A DNA stretch of 62,235 bases, the filler included, from Sphacelaria rigidula (lineage: Eukaryota), in NCBI GenBank assembly GCA_964200075.2. It is 10 parts of 10 records of this genome, joined end to end, with 100 filler letters (N's around TTAATTAATTAA, not from the genome) between each part and the next. Parts side by side here need not be neighbours in the genome. Positions count along the whole stretch, not along the records: positions 18,704 to 24,837 come from CAXNAA020022011.1; positions 24,938 to 31,071 come from CAXNAA020022012.1; positions 31,172 to 37,304 come from CAXNAA020022013.1; 7 more parts are not named here. One strand, written 5' to 3'. A model generated the notes under the pieces. It did no database searches. It was not told the DNA's origin and was given only the letters and a program-made list of their open reading frames with translations. The translations under genes were made by a program, and so were the position numbers. Numbering within the stretch: position 1 is the stretch's first letter; each line of letters begins with the position of its first letter. Positions 23,283 through 36,165 of the stretch are shown in pieces.

Positions 23283-26200
23283 AAAATGATGGCATAAGAT
23301 CTATGCATGATTCAAATACCCCTTTGTTTTTTTGCTTTGAGTGTTCGTGTACCCAAGGAAAGGTTATTGCTCAGGTGGATCGAGATGTTGTACATCTCTG
23401 GACAACGCTGAGATCGTACTTTTGATATGGAGACCGAAACTCAGTGTTGATGTTTGACGAATGTTTCTGTCTCGATGAGTGCAAATTTGCTTTGCGCGCT
23501 TGTTTGACTCGATTGATGAATAGGAGATCGTCTGCCGTTTTTATAAGTGTGAGGAGAGCGGGGCACCGCGACTTTACTTGACTGTGGAACGGTGTCGGTA
23601 AAAATTGCACAGAGTGAAGTGCGTGAAGAGTGTTGAGGACATGTTCCGACATGGATGCCGAAACTCAACGCTTATGTGTAACATTGTTGCCACCCCGATG
23701 AGCGCAGGACTGTGGGGCACCACACCCTTACTCGATCGGTTGAGGTGGAACCTTGTTCGTCGCCTTGGTGAGTACAGGCACGTGGGGCACCATTGTCTGA
23801 CTAGCCTAGAGGGTGATGTCGGTAAAATGTTCCGCAGAGGGGTATGCGGATGAACGATGGTTGAGACCACAAAATTTGAGGTGGATTCCGAAACTCGACA
23901 TCTAAATGAAAAGGTTGTTATCATTCCGAGAGGTGTAGGATTCGCGAGGCATCGGCTTCTTGACTGGATTGGTTTCCAAGACTTCGTTGTTACGGTAGGA
24001 GCAAGGACTGAGTATAGTGCAATACTAGTAGCTTGGCCTGATCATGATGATATCGGAAGAGTGACTGTGGGCACAAATGAAATTCCTGTGCTACAGGTCA
24101 GCAAAACGCATGTGACCCATATTTGATGGCTAATAGATAAAGCTGACGTCATGTGCGAGATGCGGTTCATGTGCACAGCATGGTAGAAGAAGAGTGCACT
24201 GTATCACCCATATGGGAGCTGGTCGTTGCTCGGTTGGCTGGCCAGGCGAATTCCATACAGGTTTACACATGTTGGCACGGCATGTAAAAAGTCAAAGTGT
24301 ACTGTTTCATGCAACCAGGATGCTTGCGGCAATGCCGTTTGATCCATGTGTGGTATGTGAACGAGAAGTGAAGAGTTGAAATGATAGTGCTGGACCCAGG
24401 TATAATATGTGGGTATGCGTTCGCGACTGCCGTAACGCGACACCACAGTACGGTACGTGGTAGAGGTATGTTCATCGGTTGGTGATTGACGCGCCTGAGT
24501 AACATGGATATTAATAATTTTCCTTTCTGTTGTCCCACTGCCCATTCCCCTCGGATCTGCACGATATGTGAGACGCTGAGCCTCCAAAAACCATTTTTGT
24601 CCGACACAGGTGCTGTCTGTGAGGCTGAGACGAGCATGACATGACGGATGGTTTTGGAGGGCGGTGACCGACCAGGATCAAGATCAGCCTATCGCTGCAA
24701 ATCTCCCTCGCTACTGGGGAAAGATGATGAATGCAGCACTCCTTCCCCGTGGCCTAGAAGCGGGGGGGCGTACTCATTTTTTGCTTGCCTTAGTCATTTG
24801 ACCATTGACCACGCATCCCTTTCGAGACGGAGCATGGNNNNNNNNNNNNNNNNNNNNNNNNNNNNNNNNNNNNNNNNNNNNTTAATTAATTAANNNNNNN
24901 NNNNNNNNNNNNNNNNNNNNNNNNNNNNNNNNNNNNNCACTACGTCGTCTTTCAAAACAATTCCGTGTCGGTATTTTTGGGTGTCGGCTGTGGTGTGGGG
25001 GGGGGGGGCGTACTCATTTGTTGCTTACCGTAGTCGTTCGACCATTGACCACGCCTCCCTTTCGAGACGTAGCACCGTTCCTACTCCTAATAGAGACACC
25101 TCCAACATTCTCGCGCTCATTACGTTTTTTCAAAAGCTCATTACGTTTCTTCCATACACTACCCAAAAACCTTTCACATATCTTATCCCCATCCTGTTTC
25201 GCCGTCGGTGGCCACCATCCATCTCCTAGTACAGCCATTGTTTTCTCCCTACTGTCTAATGCATCAAACGATTTCATGCCACCTTTGTTCACGTCTCGCA
25301 TTTCATTTCACGTGCTTTGGGGGGTGGGGGGTTGATCCAGCGAGGCATTTCACTGGCTTGTCCCGAGAGAGGGAAAGGGTTGGGAGTGTGACGGGACATA
25401 AGGTAATGACATTTGTAGAAGTTTGTTAGCAGTGAGAGTGGGGTAATGTAAAGAATTGAGCGTGCTTGAGGTTGTACACTCGGACAAAGTACTTGTGGCA
25501 TGCAAGTCGGTGGGTTAAAGGCAAGACAAGATGGGGTGATTATGGTGAGCCTATAATAGTGAACAGTGGCGATGCAAGGGCTGCCGAGAGAAAGCTAGGG
25601 TGACCCACGGCTTTGATGTCATGTGATTCACGCTGCTAGATGTTGAATGATGAGCAGCGTATGCTGATGAGCATGGCTGTTGCTTTTTGTGTATTTCTTG
25701 GTACATTCGGCTGTTGCACTTTTCCATTGAAGACAGGATAACCCACAGATGCACCGACACACTGTACTACACACTTCGTTGTCATGGAAAACCACCCCGA
25801 CAGAAACACGAAAAATACAGGTCCAAGAAGACAACAGAGGTAACCGCATTTTTTCAGATATTTCGTGGCCGACTGACACGCAAACTACCGTCGGGAGGTT
25901 GATTTTCGTACGCTGCACGCGTCAAACGCTGTCTTTGGGTGGTGTACCCTTCTCTTCTCCCTCTCCAATATGTGTACCCCGAGTATATTTTGGACATCGT
26001 GTTCCGAACAAAGTATAAGAAGTAAACAACACCATAATGGTTGACGCGCGGCTCTTGCAGAACGGTGTGTCATATGTGTGCTTCTGTGGGAATTTTACGA
26101 GAGGAGGACTGTCGAAATCAAGAGGAAACTACCGTGGCGTACGGTATATATAATCGTTGTTTACCACCCCGTTGCGTAACATCGTCCGGGGATGATTTTT

Positions 26201-26883
26201 CCTTGGCCAAGCTTGGCACCATACCAGTACCTACATTACTGTAGCGGAGGACGGTGCTTACCACCCCTGTCCTGAAAATCACCCGGGGGTGGTGTGCACC
26301 GTAAGATATGGCAGCGGATCGGTGGGGGTTAGAATTGATGCACGTGGTAGCACACCATCCAGGTATCAGCTGAGAGTAGACATGAAAATGAACATGAACC
26401 AGGCAAGATAAGGTACCACGGAGCAGGCGCAGCGCCTACTTGCCAGTGCGAAAGCGGTCATACCAGCCCAAGTAACCAGCAGTTTGTGGCGGAATAAACG
26501 CGAAAAAGTGCCTTCCATATGCGAAAGGCAGCTAGCAAATCGTTTGATTTTTTTTTCTGCACGCGCGCCAGACGTTACATTTTTTGTCTTCTACTTTGAA
26601 GTTGATTCATTGGTTTGGATATAAACCTGAGTGGGGAAGAGCTCATGAGATTCTGGTAGGTTTCCGGCACTGGTGTCCGCTTCGCCCTACTAATATTTGT
26701 GTTATTTTTCAATGTCACACATTTCTCGAAAAAATGAACTCCCCCCCCCCTGCAGTGCGCCGTCTCGAAAGGGATGCGTGGTCAATGGTCAAACGACTAA
26801 GGCAAGCAACAAATGAGTACGCCCCCCCCAAAGCGATTGAGAATGTCGTCGTACCAGTTTAACCCAACGGGGTGCGACGTGTG

Positions 26884-27045
26884 AGTGATTGATTGTCGTA
26901 CTTTAACTGACCCCTCAGGGGTCCAGCCGTGGTCTCGTGATAGACGTACCCAAGAAAAACGAAACTGAAACACGCTCTAAGAAGAAAAGGAGGAACAGAA
27001 GAAGAAAAAGAGAGGGGTGCGTGTGCGCTGCATAAAGATGTATAC
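26884..27045 (-). mobile_element. LINE/SINE-like 3' end with (AATC)n tail, just upstream of the first MCM2 exon seen (probably intronic)
   Basis: Reverse-complement match to ~11210-11378. Confidence 0.6.
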
Positions 27046-27095
27046 GTGATATGGTGGTTTGCCGTTGTCGATCCCATCGGGGCACGCGGATGCAG

Positions 27096-27994
27096 GGACC
27101 GAGCACGGGGTGGGCGGCTGTCGGGCATCTTGGACGAGTTTGGGAGCGAGGACGAGGAGGACAGAGGCAGGAGGCGCGCGCAGCTAGGGCTCAGAGAAGC
27201 CGCTGGGGACACGCAGGAAGGCGGGCCTGGGGGTGACGATGATGATGAGGACGACGATGGGCAGGCCGAGGTAATTTCAACAGTGCAAGGGTCGGACAAA
27301 TAGTGATTCGTCTAGAAATTACTTGGTTTTAGTACAACTGATTCGACTCGTACGAGTCGATCCCTAGGCTTTGTTTTCAGCGTTGCAACGCGGGTACACG
27401 CAGCCCACACACGTGGAATGGCGCAAAAGTTGCGTGGATACCCCTTGGACCAGCGGTCAACTTTTCTCTCCCTTTTGGGCAATCAGGCAGAAGAAATCGT
27501 GGATGTGGTGATCCTTAGTCGTGATGATTCGTCCTAACCGTGCAACAGTGTGGATACCTGGAGCGATTCTGCCATGGTTGTAAACGATGATGGCAAATGG
27601 TGATGACATCGATGGTGATGATGAGTGTACAGGCAGGGCAGCAAGCAGGCAGGCAATGCCTTTTTCCACTTCTTCTAACCGTCGCATCATGCTGAGAGAG
27701 CAATGAAATCGCCCGTAAGAAACAGATGTCAAGTCCCATGTACTTTTACCTGCTCATGGCAGAATGTACTCTTGAGTTGGGACCGGTTTTGGAGAATGAC
27801 GGCGTTACTGTAGTGTGTAGCCATAACGTTACCCTTTTCTCTCGCTGTGTTCTGTGGCATTTGTTTTTCCCTCACCGAAACTCGACTCCTGGGTGACGGT
27901 CCGGGGAACATTTTCCTTGCTGCTAAAATAGGGCAAAATATGCACGTGACCATGGGGCAAGACTTGACTGTGGTCTGCCCGCCGACGTTATCTT

Positions 27995-28026
<32 letters not shown>

Positions 28027-29925
28027 TGGCCTCCCCACAATCCCCTTGGGCCCCCCGCTTTTGTCTCCCATCTTTTTTTTTGATGGGGGGGGGGACTGCT
28101 CGGTTCACTAAATGTACTGTGCGACCTTCCTGTTTGATCTAATGCATGTTTGTTAATGCGGGGGGGGTGATTGTGTATTGCAAGATGAACCTCGAGGACT
28201 TCCAAGGGGTCCCGCTGCGGGAGTGGATCGCACAAGACGCCACGAGACGAGAGATAAAGAGGCGTTTCCAAAGCTTTCTTCTCACCTTCCAGGTGCACCC
28301 GGTTTTTAATTATTTTCCCTTCTTTTCATGAAGTTCATGTGAGAGTCTAGATATAAATGAGTACTTGTTAGCGCAACTTTCCGATGTAGGGTCGCCTTTA
28401 CTTTACCTTCGTATGTCCATTTTTTTTTTCTCTTGACGAAAGAAGGAACCCTAACCCAAGCAACACTTACCCCGCAAGGGGGTTCGTGTGCCGATTGCCC
28501 GGAGGTTGGGCTAGACTGCCATGTGGCAGTCATGTGGGGTAGGCGCCTCGAGCGTTCGCAAGCTTTGCTTGAGGCAGTGTCGGGGTTGCGCCCACTAAAA
28601 CCCCTTATCAACTTAGCGTAGTGCACGCGCCTCCATGCCCTTATGATGGAGCTAGGAAATGGTATCAGTTATAACTGGCCATTGCTATTATAATGATAAT
28701 AATCGTAGTGGTTATATAAAAGTTTGGGATAATGGTTCCAAACCATTATTGACCGTTTCCGGCTACGTACGCTACATACAGCCCTTGAAAATTGGCCCAA
28801 ATTTAATTTCCTTTTTAGCTCTAGTGACGCCAAATCGCGTAAAAACGTGCCTCCGGCACGGCGCCTCCAGCGTGGGGGTCCCTCTGCCGGGGGGGGCTTT
28901 TTGGCTGCATCGCTCGATGACCAAGCCATTATGTACCATTTGACTGGTTGATGAGTGCGCTGCGCGTAACCATTCAACTGGTTAATGGTTGAGCAAACCA
29001 TTTCCGAGCTCTACGTTATGAGCTTCTGCCCTAGGCCGTATGTCTGTGCTGTGACCGCGGCTGGGTTCCTTGTGGGTCAGCTGACATGCGACAATCAAAC
29101 TGACTTGCAATCGCGATCAGCTTCGACCAGGCAATCATTTCATCAAGTAACTTCTCGAGTATGACGTTTGCATTGATGCAAAGTGGTGTGTGTGTGTGTG
29201 TTTTTTTTTTATATATATCTGTTTTCGCGATACAAGTTACATTGGCGATAGACGGAACGCAACGAGACCCTTTTTTGCCCCCCCGAAGTTTTGGTTCTGT
29301 TTTTCATGTAAAATATGAAGGTATGTATTGTTCGTTTGAAGTGTTTAACATTTTTTTGTTTTTGCTGTTTTGTATCTCGATACACATTCAATCGAGAAGG
29401 TACTATGAAGAGAAGAAGGCCATTTTTTCGCTTTACCCGGGAATTTTGTTTTTGTTTTTGTGAAAATATTACGCATGTACTCATTTGAAGTGGTTGACAT
29501 GTCTGTTTGTTTTTTCTTTCACGGTACAGCAAGAGACATGAAGAACAAAATAATTTTTTCGCCGAACTTTTTTTACTTATTACGAGCGTAGGCGTTGACT
29601 CTAATGTCAGCGCCCGCCCTATTGTCGACTGTACACCTACCGTATTTTTTGGAGTGTCGCTGTTGGTGCGGTGTTGAGCTGCTCATATTTTCCGCCGTCA
29701 GCCAGGGAAAGCACCGGACGCCTCGCGTTTTGACGATCGTCTACAAGTAACATGTGTAGTCCGTAACAATGATCTCATGGCGGCCCCGCACACACATTTC
29801 AACAACAATGTCGTGTGTTTTAAAATACTTTTTTTTTGTGATTCTTCCAGGAAAAAGGAGGGCGGGCCCCCGTGCACGAGTCCAAGATCAACAGCATGTG
29901 TGCTGCCAACCGTGCCTCGCTTGAG
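27096..29925 (+). CDS. MCM2: DNA replication licensing factor MCM2, partial (exons 27096-27270, 28185-28292, 29851-29925)
   Basis: GT-AG in-phase exons: acidic N-terminal region ...DDDDEDDDGQAE|MNLEDFQGVPLREWIAQDATRREIKRRFQSFLLTFQ|EKGGRAPVHESKINSMCAANRASLE. This matches the MCM2 pattern NLE...LREW...R.EI..RF..FL...I..MC..N..SLEV. Confidence 0.9.
27395..27545 (+). repeat. Dispersed ~150-bp repeat
   Basis: acacgcagccca.acacg...ccccttggaccagcggtcaactttt...ggcagaagaaatcgtg also occurs at 31218-31370. Confidence 0.6.
28440..28625 (+). repeat. ~185-bp hairpin-rich repeat, two copies (second at 30255-30432)
   Basis: Direct alignment of the two copies shows several conserved stem-loops. Confidence 0.7.
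28647..29013. mobile_element. hAT-type MITE (367 bp)
   Basis: TIR tggagctaggaaatggt / accatttccgagctcta. 8-bp TSD ccttatga (28639-28646) / cgttatga (29014-29021), one mismatch. Confidence 0.75.
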
Positions 29926-30461
29926 GTGCGTACGTGAAAGGCCGTGTCTTTTTGTCGGGCGAGTAAGAGATGCAGTCATCAGATGTATAGGAATCTACGA
30001 GATAGGAAAACGAGGACATGACACAGTCATTCGTTCATTTTTCTTCTATTATAGCATCTTGCACAAGGACAACGATTTTTTGCCTGCATGATCGATCGTG
30101 CGAGAAAAAGATAGCCCGCACGCGCACACACACATATGCACACGGGAAGGCTTTCTCTTGGTCGCTTGGTGGGGTCCTCAAGATCCCCGACCCCCCGTGT
30201 GCCGTAGTACTGAATAACTGCATGCGTCGTGTATGTTTTTTCCTTGGAGAAAGGAGGAAACCTCACTCAACACTTACACCGAAAGCGGGTTCGTGTGCCG
30301 ACTACCGGGAGGCTCGCTAGACTGCCTCGTGGCAGTCATGTGAGGTAGGCGCCTCGAGCGTTCGGAAGCTTTGCTCAAGGCAGTGTGGGGGTCGAACCCA
30401 CTGAAACCCCCTGTCAAGTGAGCGTAGTGCAGGTGCCGTCCTACTGGTATGATCTTCAGCC

Positions 30462-30958
30462 CTCTCATGACCTTGCATGCCGTAGTCACAAGACCATCGA
30501 CCTCGCATCCCTACAAAGCCGGGACGGAGCACGCCGAGTTTTCGCCGGACCAGGCTCGTAATCAAACCACCAAGCGCGACGCGCCGTGGTATGCTCGGCG
30601 AGTCGCATGAAGGGTGAGCTGCATCCTGCTATGAATGTTCGGCCCGAAGCCTACTGATTTTCTTGCGTATGGATGACGACCTACAATGAGTTACTTCCCT
30701 TTATGGTATATCCGCTTCCAGAGACAATCACGACTTACACACTCCCTCATGGATGTCTCACCATATAAGTGCTTCGTAGTACGATCATCCCCTTTACACA
30801 GAGTTCAGATTCTCGACCCGACACGAGATGACCTAGCCCGACTATCATCCTGGTCACCGCAAAAGAAAACGCAAGCGAAAGAAGATACGGTAGCCTGGTT
30901 CCCTAGCTTCATGCAGCGAGTAGCGGGTTGTAACCGATGCCAACCCTCAAAAGGGGCT
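30462..30958 (+). repeat. Most abundant ~500-bp non-coding repeat family (G-run-GTACTCATGATCTTGCATGCC...)
   Basis: Copies or fragments at 12470-12550(-), 42980-43295, 43338-43440, 43742-43792(-), 47497-48290, 49648-49692, 55163-55460, 55472-55965 and 61098-61140(-). Sister family at ~5890-5968, 24762-24837, 25000-25076 and 26752-26830(-). Confidence 0.8.
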
Positions 30959-32681
30959 ATAGTCGGGGGAGGGCGGGGGGGGGGGGGGGGGGGGGGACCC
31001 CCCCCCTACCTTCCGGTGGGTTGTAGCTTTCTCCCCTCCCCATCTCTCGCCCCGCACCCTGACCCCGTTCCNNNNNNNNNNNNNNNNNNNNNNNNNNNNN
31101 NNNNNNNNNNNNNNNTTAATTAATTAANNNNNNNNNNNNNNNNNNNNNNNNNNNNNNNNNNNNNNNNNNNNCGAGAAGAATGAATCCCCATGACTCAAAA
31201 CAACGGAACAACACAGGTACACGCAGCCCAAACACGGGGAAAGGCGCAAAAGAAGCATGGAACACCCCTTGGACCAGCGGTCAACTTTTCCCTCCCTTTC
31301 GGGCAATCAGGCAGAAGAAATCGTGAATTTGGTGATTTTGAGTCGTGATGATTTGTCCTAACCGTGGAATAGTTAGACCGCCCACTACTGTACCCGACGC
31401 GTGATTGCGATCGCGGGCACTATGGACCCCGTAAATCGCTTGGGCTTACTGGTTGGCCAGGAAAGCGCGCCAATATTTGCTTGACCAGCTTTGTATGGCT
31501 CACTTCTAGGAGCTAGAAGGTGAAATTTTGCCACCGTATTTATACGATAGCCATCGATATGCAGGCGGGGACAGTACGTTCCAAGAAAAAAAAAACGACT
31601 ACCATTTAAGAGCCGGCAAAACAAATATGACAGTACTTGGAATTCCCATACCTCAACGATGCGAAAAGAAACTACTCCTTGAAACGTCCAGCTAAGGGTG
31701 AGAAAGTGATGTCTAGAAGACCCATGACAAAAGTTGGCTCAAAGTTCTTCAAAGTGAGCAACGTATTTAATGTTTTGTGTAGCAATGGATTTCCGGTCGC
31801 GGGTACAGGAGAATGAGTTTTGCACCAAAGTTCAAATTCCAAAGGTGAAAACAGGTAGTCCGGACGAGGCGGTTTTGGACGCATACTGTGCTCGATGTTA
31901 TCATCGTCAAGACTTGGCCAATCGAACAGCGAAAAGGTTCTCCAGCAGCAGGCTGGGCTGCACTTTGCATTGATGGTCTTACATCCGCCTAAATTTGGCC
32001 AGTTATTGTGTGCTAGGGGAATGGAGCTTTCAGGCTGGCCCAGCTGGTACAGCTCCCCTTGGTCTCTTCCCTTCTTTTGATGAAGTGATGTTTTACTCAT
32101 GTTCTGATCGTTTGATGCTTCGTTTCGCAGTTTACACCGTGTACATGATCCATCCTTTTCTCTTTCACACTTTCTGTTTTCCTTAGCGAGCGGTTCCATC
32201 TTGTTTCTTAGCACCTTGGTACGTCTATATTGTGGATAATGACGATCAGGATCAGGTCATGTTAGTGTGCATCAAAGAAACCAGTCAGCCAATATATACT
32301 CAGCATGCCTGAGGCCACGTGCACCCAGAAAGTACTTGCGGGTTACAGCTGACGACCGCTCAATATGTTTCATTTTTCATTTTGATCCTTCGATATGAGC
32401 AGTATGGTATTGTCGAGGAAGAAAAAGATTGCCTCTTGTCTCCAACTGCAGCAGCATCGTTGGCGTCACCATTAAATCATCGTCCACAGATGCGGCTCGT
32501 TGTGAAGAGCGCGCAAATGAGAAACTGATATTCCCCTCTCCTTGTTTTCTTTTCTACCGTAGATACATGTATGCCCGGATAGGGGCCTTTTTACAACGCA
32601 ATGATAAGCAATGCAGTTCCTCACCTTCGTGAAAAAACCAACGAGCCTTGTCCCATTTTTTACGTCTGTTTATGGCGGCGG

Positions 32682-33720
32682 ATGTCATCGGTACAACGGC
32701 AGCAGCCCCAGGACGAGGAGCAAGAGCAAGAACAACAAGAACAACAAGAACAACAGCAACAGCATCAACAACCACCAGAACCATTATTAGTCAAGAGAAA
32801 CGGTAGCAACGGCACCGACAGCGCAAGCAACGCAACCACCGAAGCAGTAGCGGAAAGCACAATTGCAACAACATCGTCGATAACATCACACGATGGTGCC
32901 GAGCGCCGCCATCTCGCGTTACCACAATTACCATCATCAAATGGCCCACTAATACGAACCGGAGAAGCAACAATAGCATCAGCAACCACAACAAAAAAAA
33001 TCAACAAGAAAATATCTAAAGGACACGAGCCACGACGGCCAGACGGAGGGGGTGAGGGAGTGCGATCCTGTCGTGGTAGTATTGTCGGTGATTGTGCGAC
33101 TGCGTCCGGGTACCGGGATGGTGGTGGTAGTGCCGGCGGCGAAGATGATGGGAATGGAGATGTTGGTGCTGTTGAGGTTAGCGTTCGTGTTGCAGAGGAG
33201 AAGAGGTGTGGTGAGAAATTGGCATGGAGAAAACCGGTTGCGGTTGGTGAACCTGCACATGCAAAACATGTATCGGCTGGTGAACCGGCACAATCGAAAA
33301 AGCATGAGCCGGCCGTTGTTATCGACGACGGCGCTGCTGCGCACGACGAGGACGGAGGCGGCGATGCGCGGGCACAAGAGATTCCACGGTCCAACGGTGC
33401 TGGAGTGGGTTCGTACGTCTACCGAAATCATCAATTGCCATCGCTGGGGGAGAAACAGCCATCGCTGGGGGAAAGACAAACCCGGCATTCGAGGGACATG
33501 GGTGAGTCAGAACAAATGTCATCACACCACAGAAAGTTCAAGAACAGGGTAGGTTCTTGATTGTTTTGATAACAACAGCAGCAACAACAATGACCGAGGA
33601 CAATATCCAACAGAATATACAAATTTGCTGCACTACTATACTACTACTACGACTACTACGACTACTACGACTACTACTACGACTACTACTACGACTGCTA
33701 CGACTACTACTACTACTACG

Positions 33721-33785
<65 letters not shown>

Positions 33786-35300
33786 TTGCGTTATTCTGTC
33801 AAAAAGGCCTGAGAACTCGGTTGTCAAGGCCGAGAGCATCCTCTGTCCACTATATTCGCTGTATGATCTTGTTCGCATAGCACACACCTGCCGATGCTAA
33901 ACTTGATATCCAGATCCATATAATTTCTACGTTTTGCGTGCGGACGCATAGGTACGCATATTTCGCTTAACACAAACATAGAAATTGGAAACAAAAATCA
34001 TAACGGATTATACCGGAACAAACACCAGGAGGCGCTGAAATTCCTTGGTGACTCCTTTCCGCAGGTTGTGCGAAACGCTTTAAGTTCATGTTTTTTTTTT
34101 TTTTCAAGATATGCGTCAGACGCAATGACATTTTACACTGTCAGAACTAGCCCGTGTCCTTTTTCGTACTTTTTGTCGAAATTCCAACAGGAAAAACACA
34201 GGAAGCATAGCCATGCCGGAGAGGGACAGAGGCAAGGAAAAGAAACGAGAGAGAGGGGATGGCGTGACACTCCATTTGCTTGTTTCTCCATGTTTCTTGC
34301 TTGCAGTTGTGATTTTACTACACCTGATAGGAGTTTCCCTGCACCAGTACTCGTACGTCTGTGCCCGTTTATGCTGTTTGTTCTCTCTTTCACTTGTTTT
34401 TACGCTACCCCGCCATTCGAATTTCCTGTAGCGAACGTTTCCGTTCTCATATAGTCGCCATGAACACGTCAATCCTGTGATCACAGGTGCGTTCGGTGCC
34501 GGTCGATTATCGTGTGATAGTCTAACGATCAATCAATTAAGCAATCAATCAATTAATCAAGCAAGCAATCAATCAATTAATCAAGCAAGCAATCAATCAC
34601 TCACTAGTATCAGGTGTATTTTCCGAATATTGTGCAGAAAGACTCACAACATTCGATGAACGAAAGTCGACGGGCTGCCAAGGGTGTGCTGATGCTATAG
34701 TAATGATTCATGATTAAATGCCCAATCATGGAGAAGGGGCAAGTGGTGGGGGGAAAATGAGCCGATGGCTCGATCCCCTGCGAGGACGAGCTGGGTCAGC
34801 CTAGAAGCGGATCTGTAGATTGCGGATGCTTCATCACCTTAATTTCGAGGATTCCAATATATATATATATATATACATTTGATATGAAGAAACGCTGGGG
34901 CATACTAAAATAAAGTGATTTCGACGTCGTGATATTTCCCTTATTCGTGGGTTATGGGCAAAAAACAAGATAATCTGCCTTTTGGTTAGACAATTGATCA
35001 GATGTGCAGATCGAGACCCAGTTCGTCTCCGTCGATGAGATATGACTGTACCGGCTTTAGCACGTGTGGAGTCGTCCCGAGAAAGGGGCGGGGGAGGGTT
35101 GAAAATGTATAACGTGGTGTACGACAACAAGAACACGTGATTGCCCAGTTGTGTAAAGTCTAACTCATTGGCGTTTGTACGCGATTTGAACGTTTTTGTC
35201 TCTTCCATGATGTGTGCACGCTGAAAAGAGCAAGACTACGCCGTGGCGGAGGAGGGGAAGGCAGACGAGAAACTAGTTAGAGGACGAATCGTCAGCGTAG
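32682..35300 (+). CDS. Unknown low-complexity protein, partial (candidate exons 32682-33548, 34191-34263, 35229-35300)
   Basis: Long Q/E/G-rich open frame ending at a gtaggt donor. Two further AG/GT-bounded segments continue in phase (EKHRKHSHAGEGQRQGKETRERGW; QQDYAVAEEGKADEKLVRGRIVSV). No family recognised. Confidence 0.5.
33632..33783 (+). repeat. (CTA)n / (CTACGA) microsatellite
   Basis: About 50 trinucleotide units. Confidence 0.95.
34270..34580 (+). mobile_element. LINE-like 3' end with (CAAT)n-type tail
   Basis: T-rich 3'UTR-like tract ending ...gtgtgatagtctaacgatcaatcaattaagcaatcaatc repeats. Confidence 0.45.
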
Positions 35301-35954
35301 GTGAGTTTGACTGTCTGGCGACCTTCGTTTCGCGGTTTTTCACTCACAACGCATATCCTGAGATCGGTTAGACAGTGACAGTACTATCCTATGAACGGCT
35401 GCCCTTGAAAGTAAAATTCTGGATTTGTGATGTACTGATGAAAATACAGCGAACGTAGACCATGCCGCACAACCCATCGATGTGTCTCACTGACGTACGC
35501 ACAACAGCACTCTTTCATAGAAAAAACAAAAAAAACGTCAATGCAACCCAGGAAATAAATCTGGTAAATGTTTATCCAGTTACCGTCTAGAACCGCGGAA
35601 AAAACAGGAATTGTCGCCAGTTAACGTGTCAGCATTCACCATCGCCTCTCCGAATTTTACCTAGAACCTGGCCCATCCCGTGTCTGTAATTGTTCACTAC
35701 CCTCTACCAAAGTTGTAGTATTCTCTGTCGTGTATGTGGAGGCGTTTTTCAATCAAGGCCACAATTTGAAGACATGCGTGGTGCTATCGTTTCAGTCGGT
35801 CGTTGCCCCATCGAATAATTCATGACTAAGTTATATGCTCTCACTTCGTGTTGTACCTAGAGCTGATTGTCGTTTGCTTTCTCTCAACTACTTCGAAAGA
35901 TTACGGTTAAAAGATGTTGAAAACGGAGTGCTATCGCCAGTTATAGGGCGGAGA

Positions 35955-36165
35955 GCACGCTCCTCGAGTTCCTTGGGTTCCTAACAGCATTCCTGACATT
36001 CCTATGGTTCCCCATCACGTTCCTGACGCTCCTTGGGTTTCCAAGAACATTCCTGACGTTCCTAGGGTTACTCAACACGTTTCGTGACGTTCCGTGGGTT
36101 CATAAAAACACCTCTGATGCTTCCAGAGTTCCTCAGCACGTTCGTGACGTTCCTGGAGGTCCTAA
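35955..36165 (+). repeat. Degenerate ~30-bp minisatellite
   Basis: About 7 units of ttcctgacgttcct.gggtt.c.ca.cacg. Confidence 0.75.

Larger units (their letters stand above)
18704..24765 (+). mobile_element. Tandem pair of non-autonomous LTR-retrotransposon-like units (period ~3.49 kb)
   Basis: 18704-21330 is repeated at 22194-24765 with high identity. Each unit has an LTR-like segment ending ccaact, then a gag-like ORF. No intact RT, integrase or RNase H motifs were recognised. Confidence 0.8.

Noticed and set aside
33557..33900. Poly-Leu/Thr/Val ORFs
   Set aside because: These are translations of a (CTA)n microsatellite.
35955..36165. ~30-bp periodic repeat as a possible CRISPR array
   Set aside because: The units are contiguous and degenerate with no unique spacers, there are no cas genes, and the context is eukaryotic.
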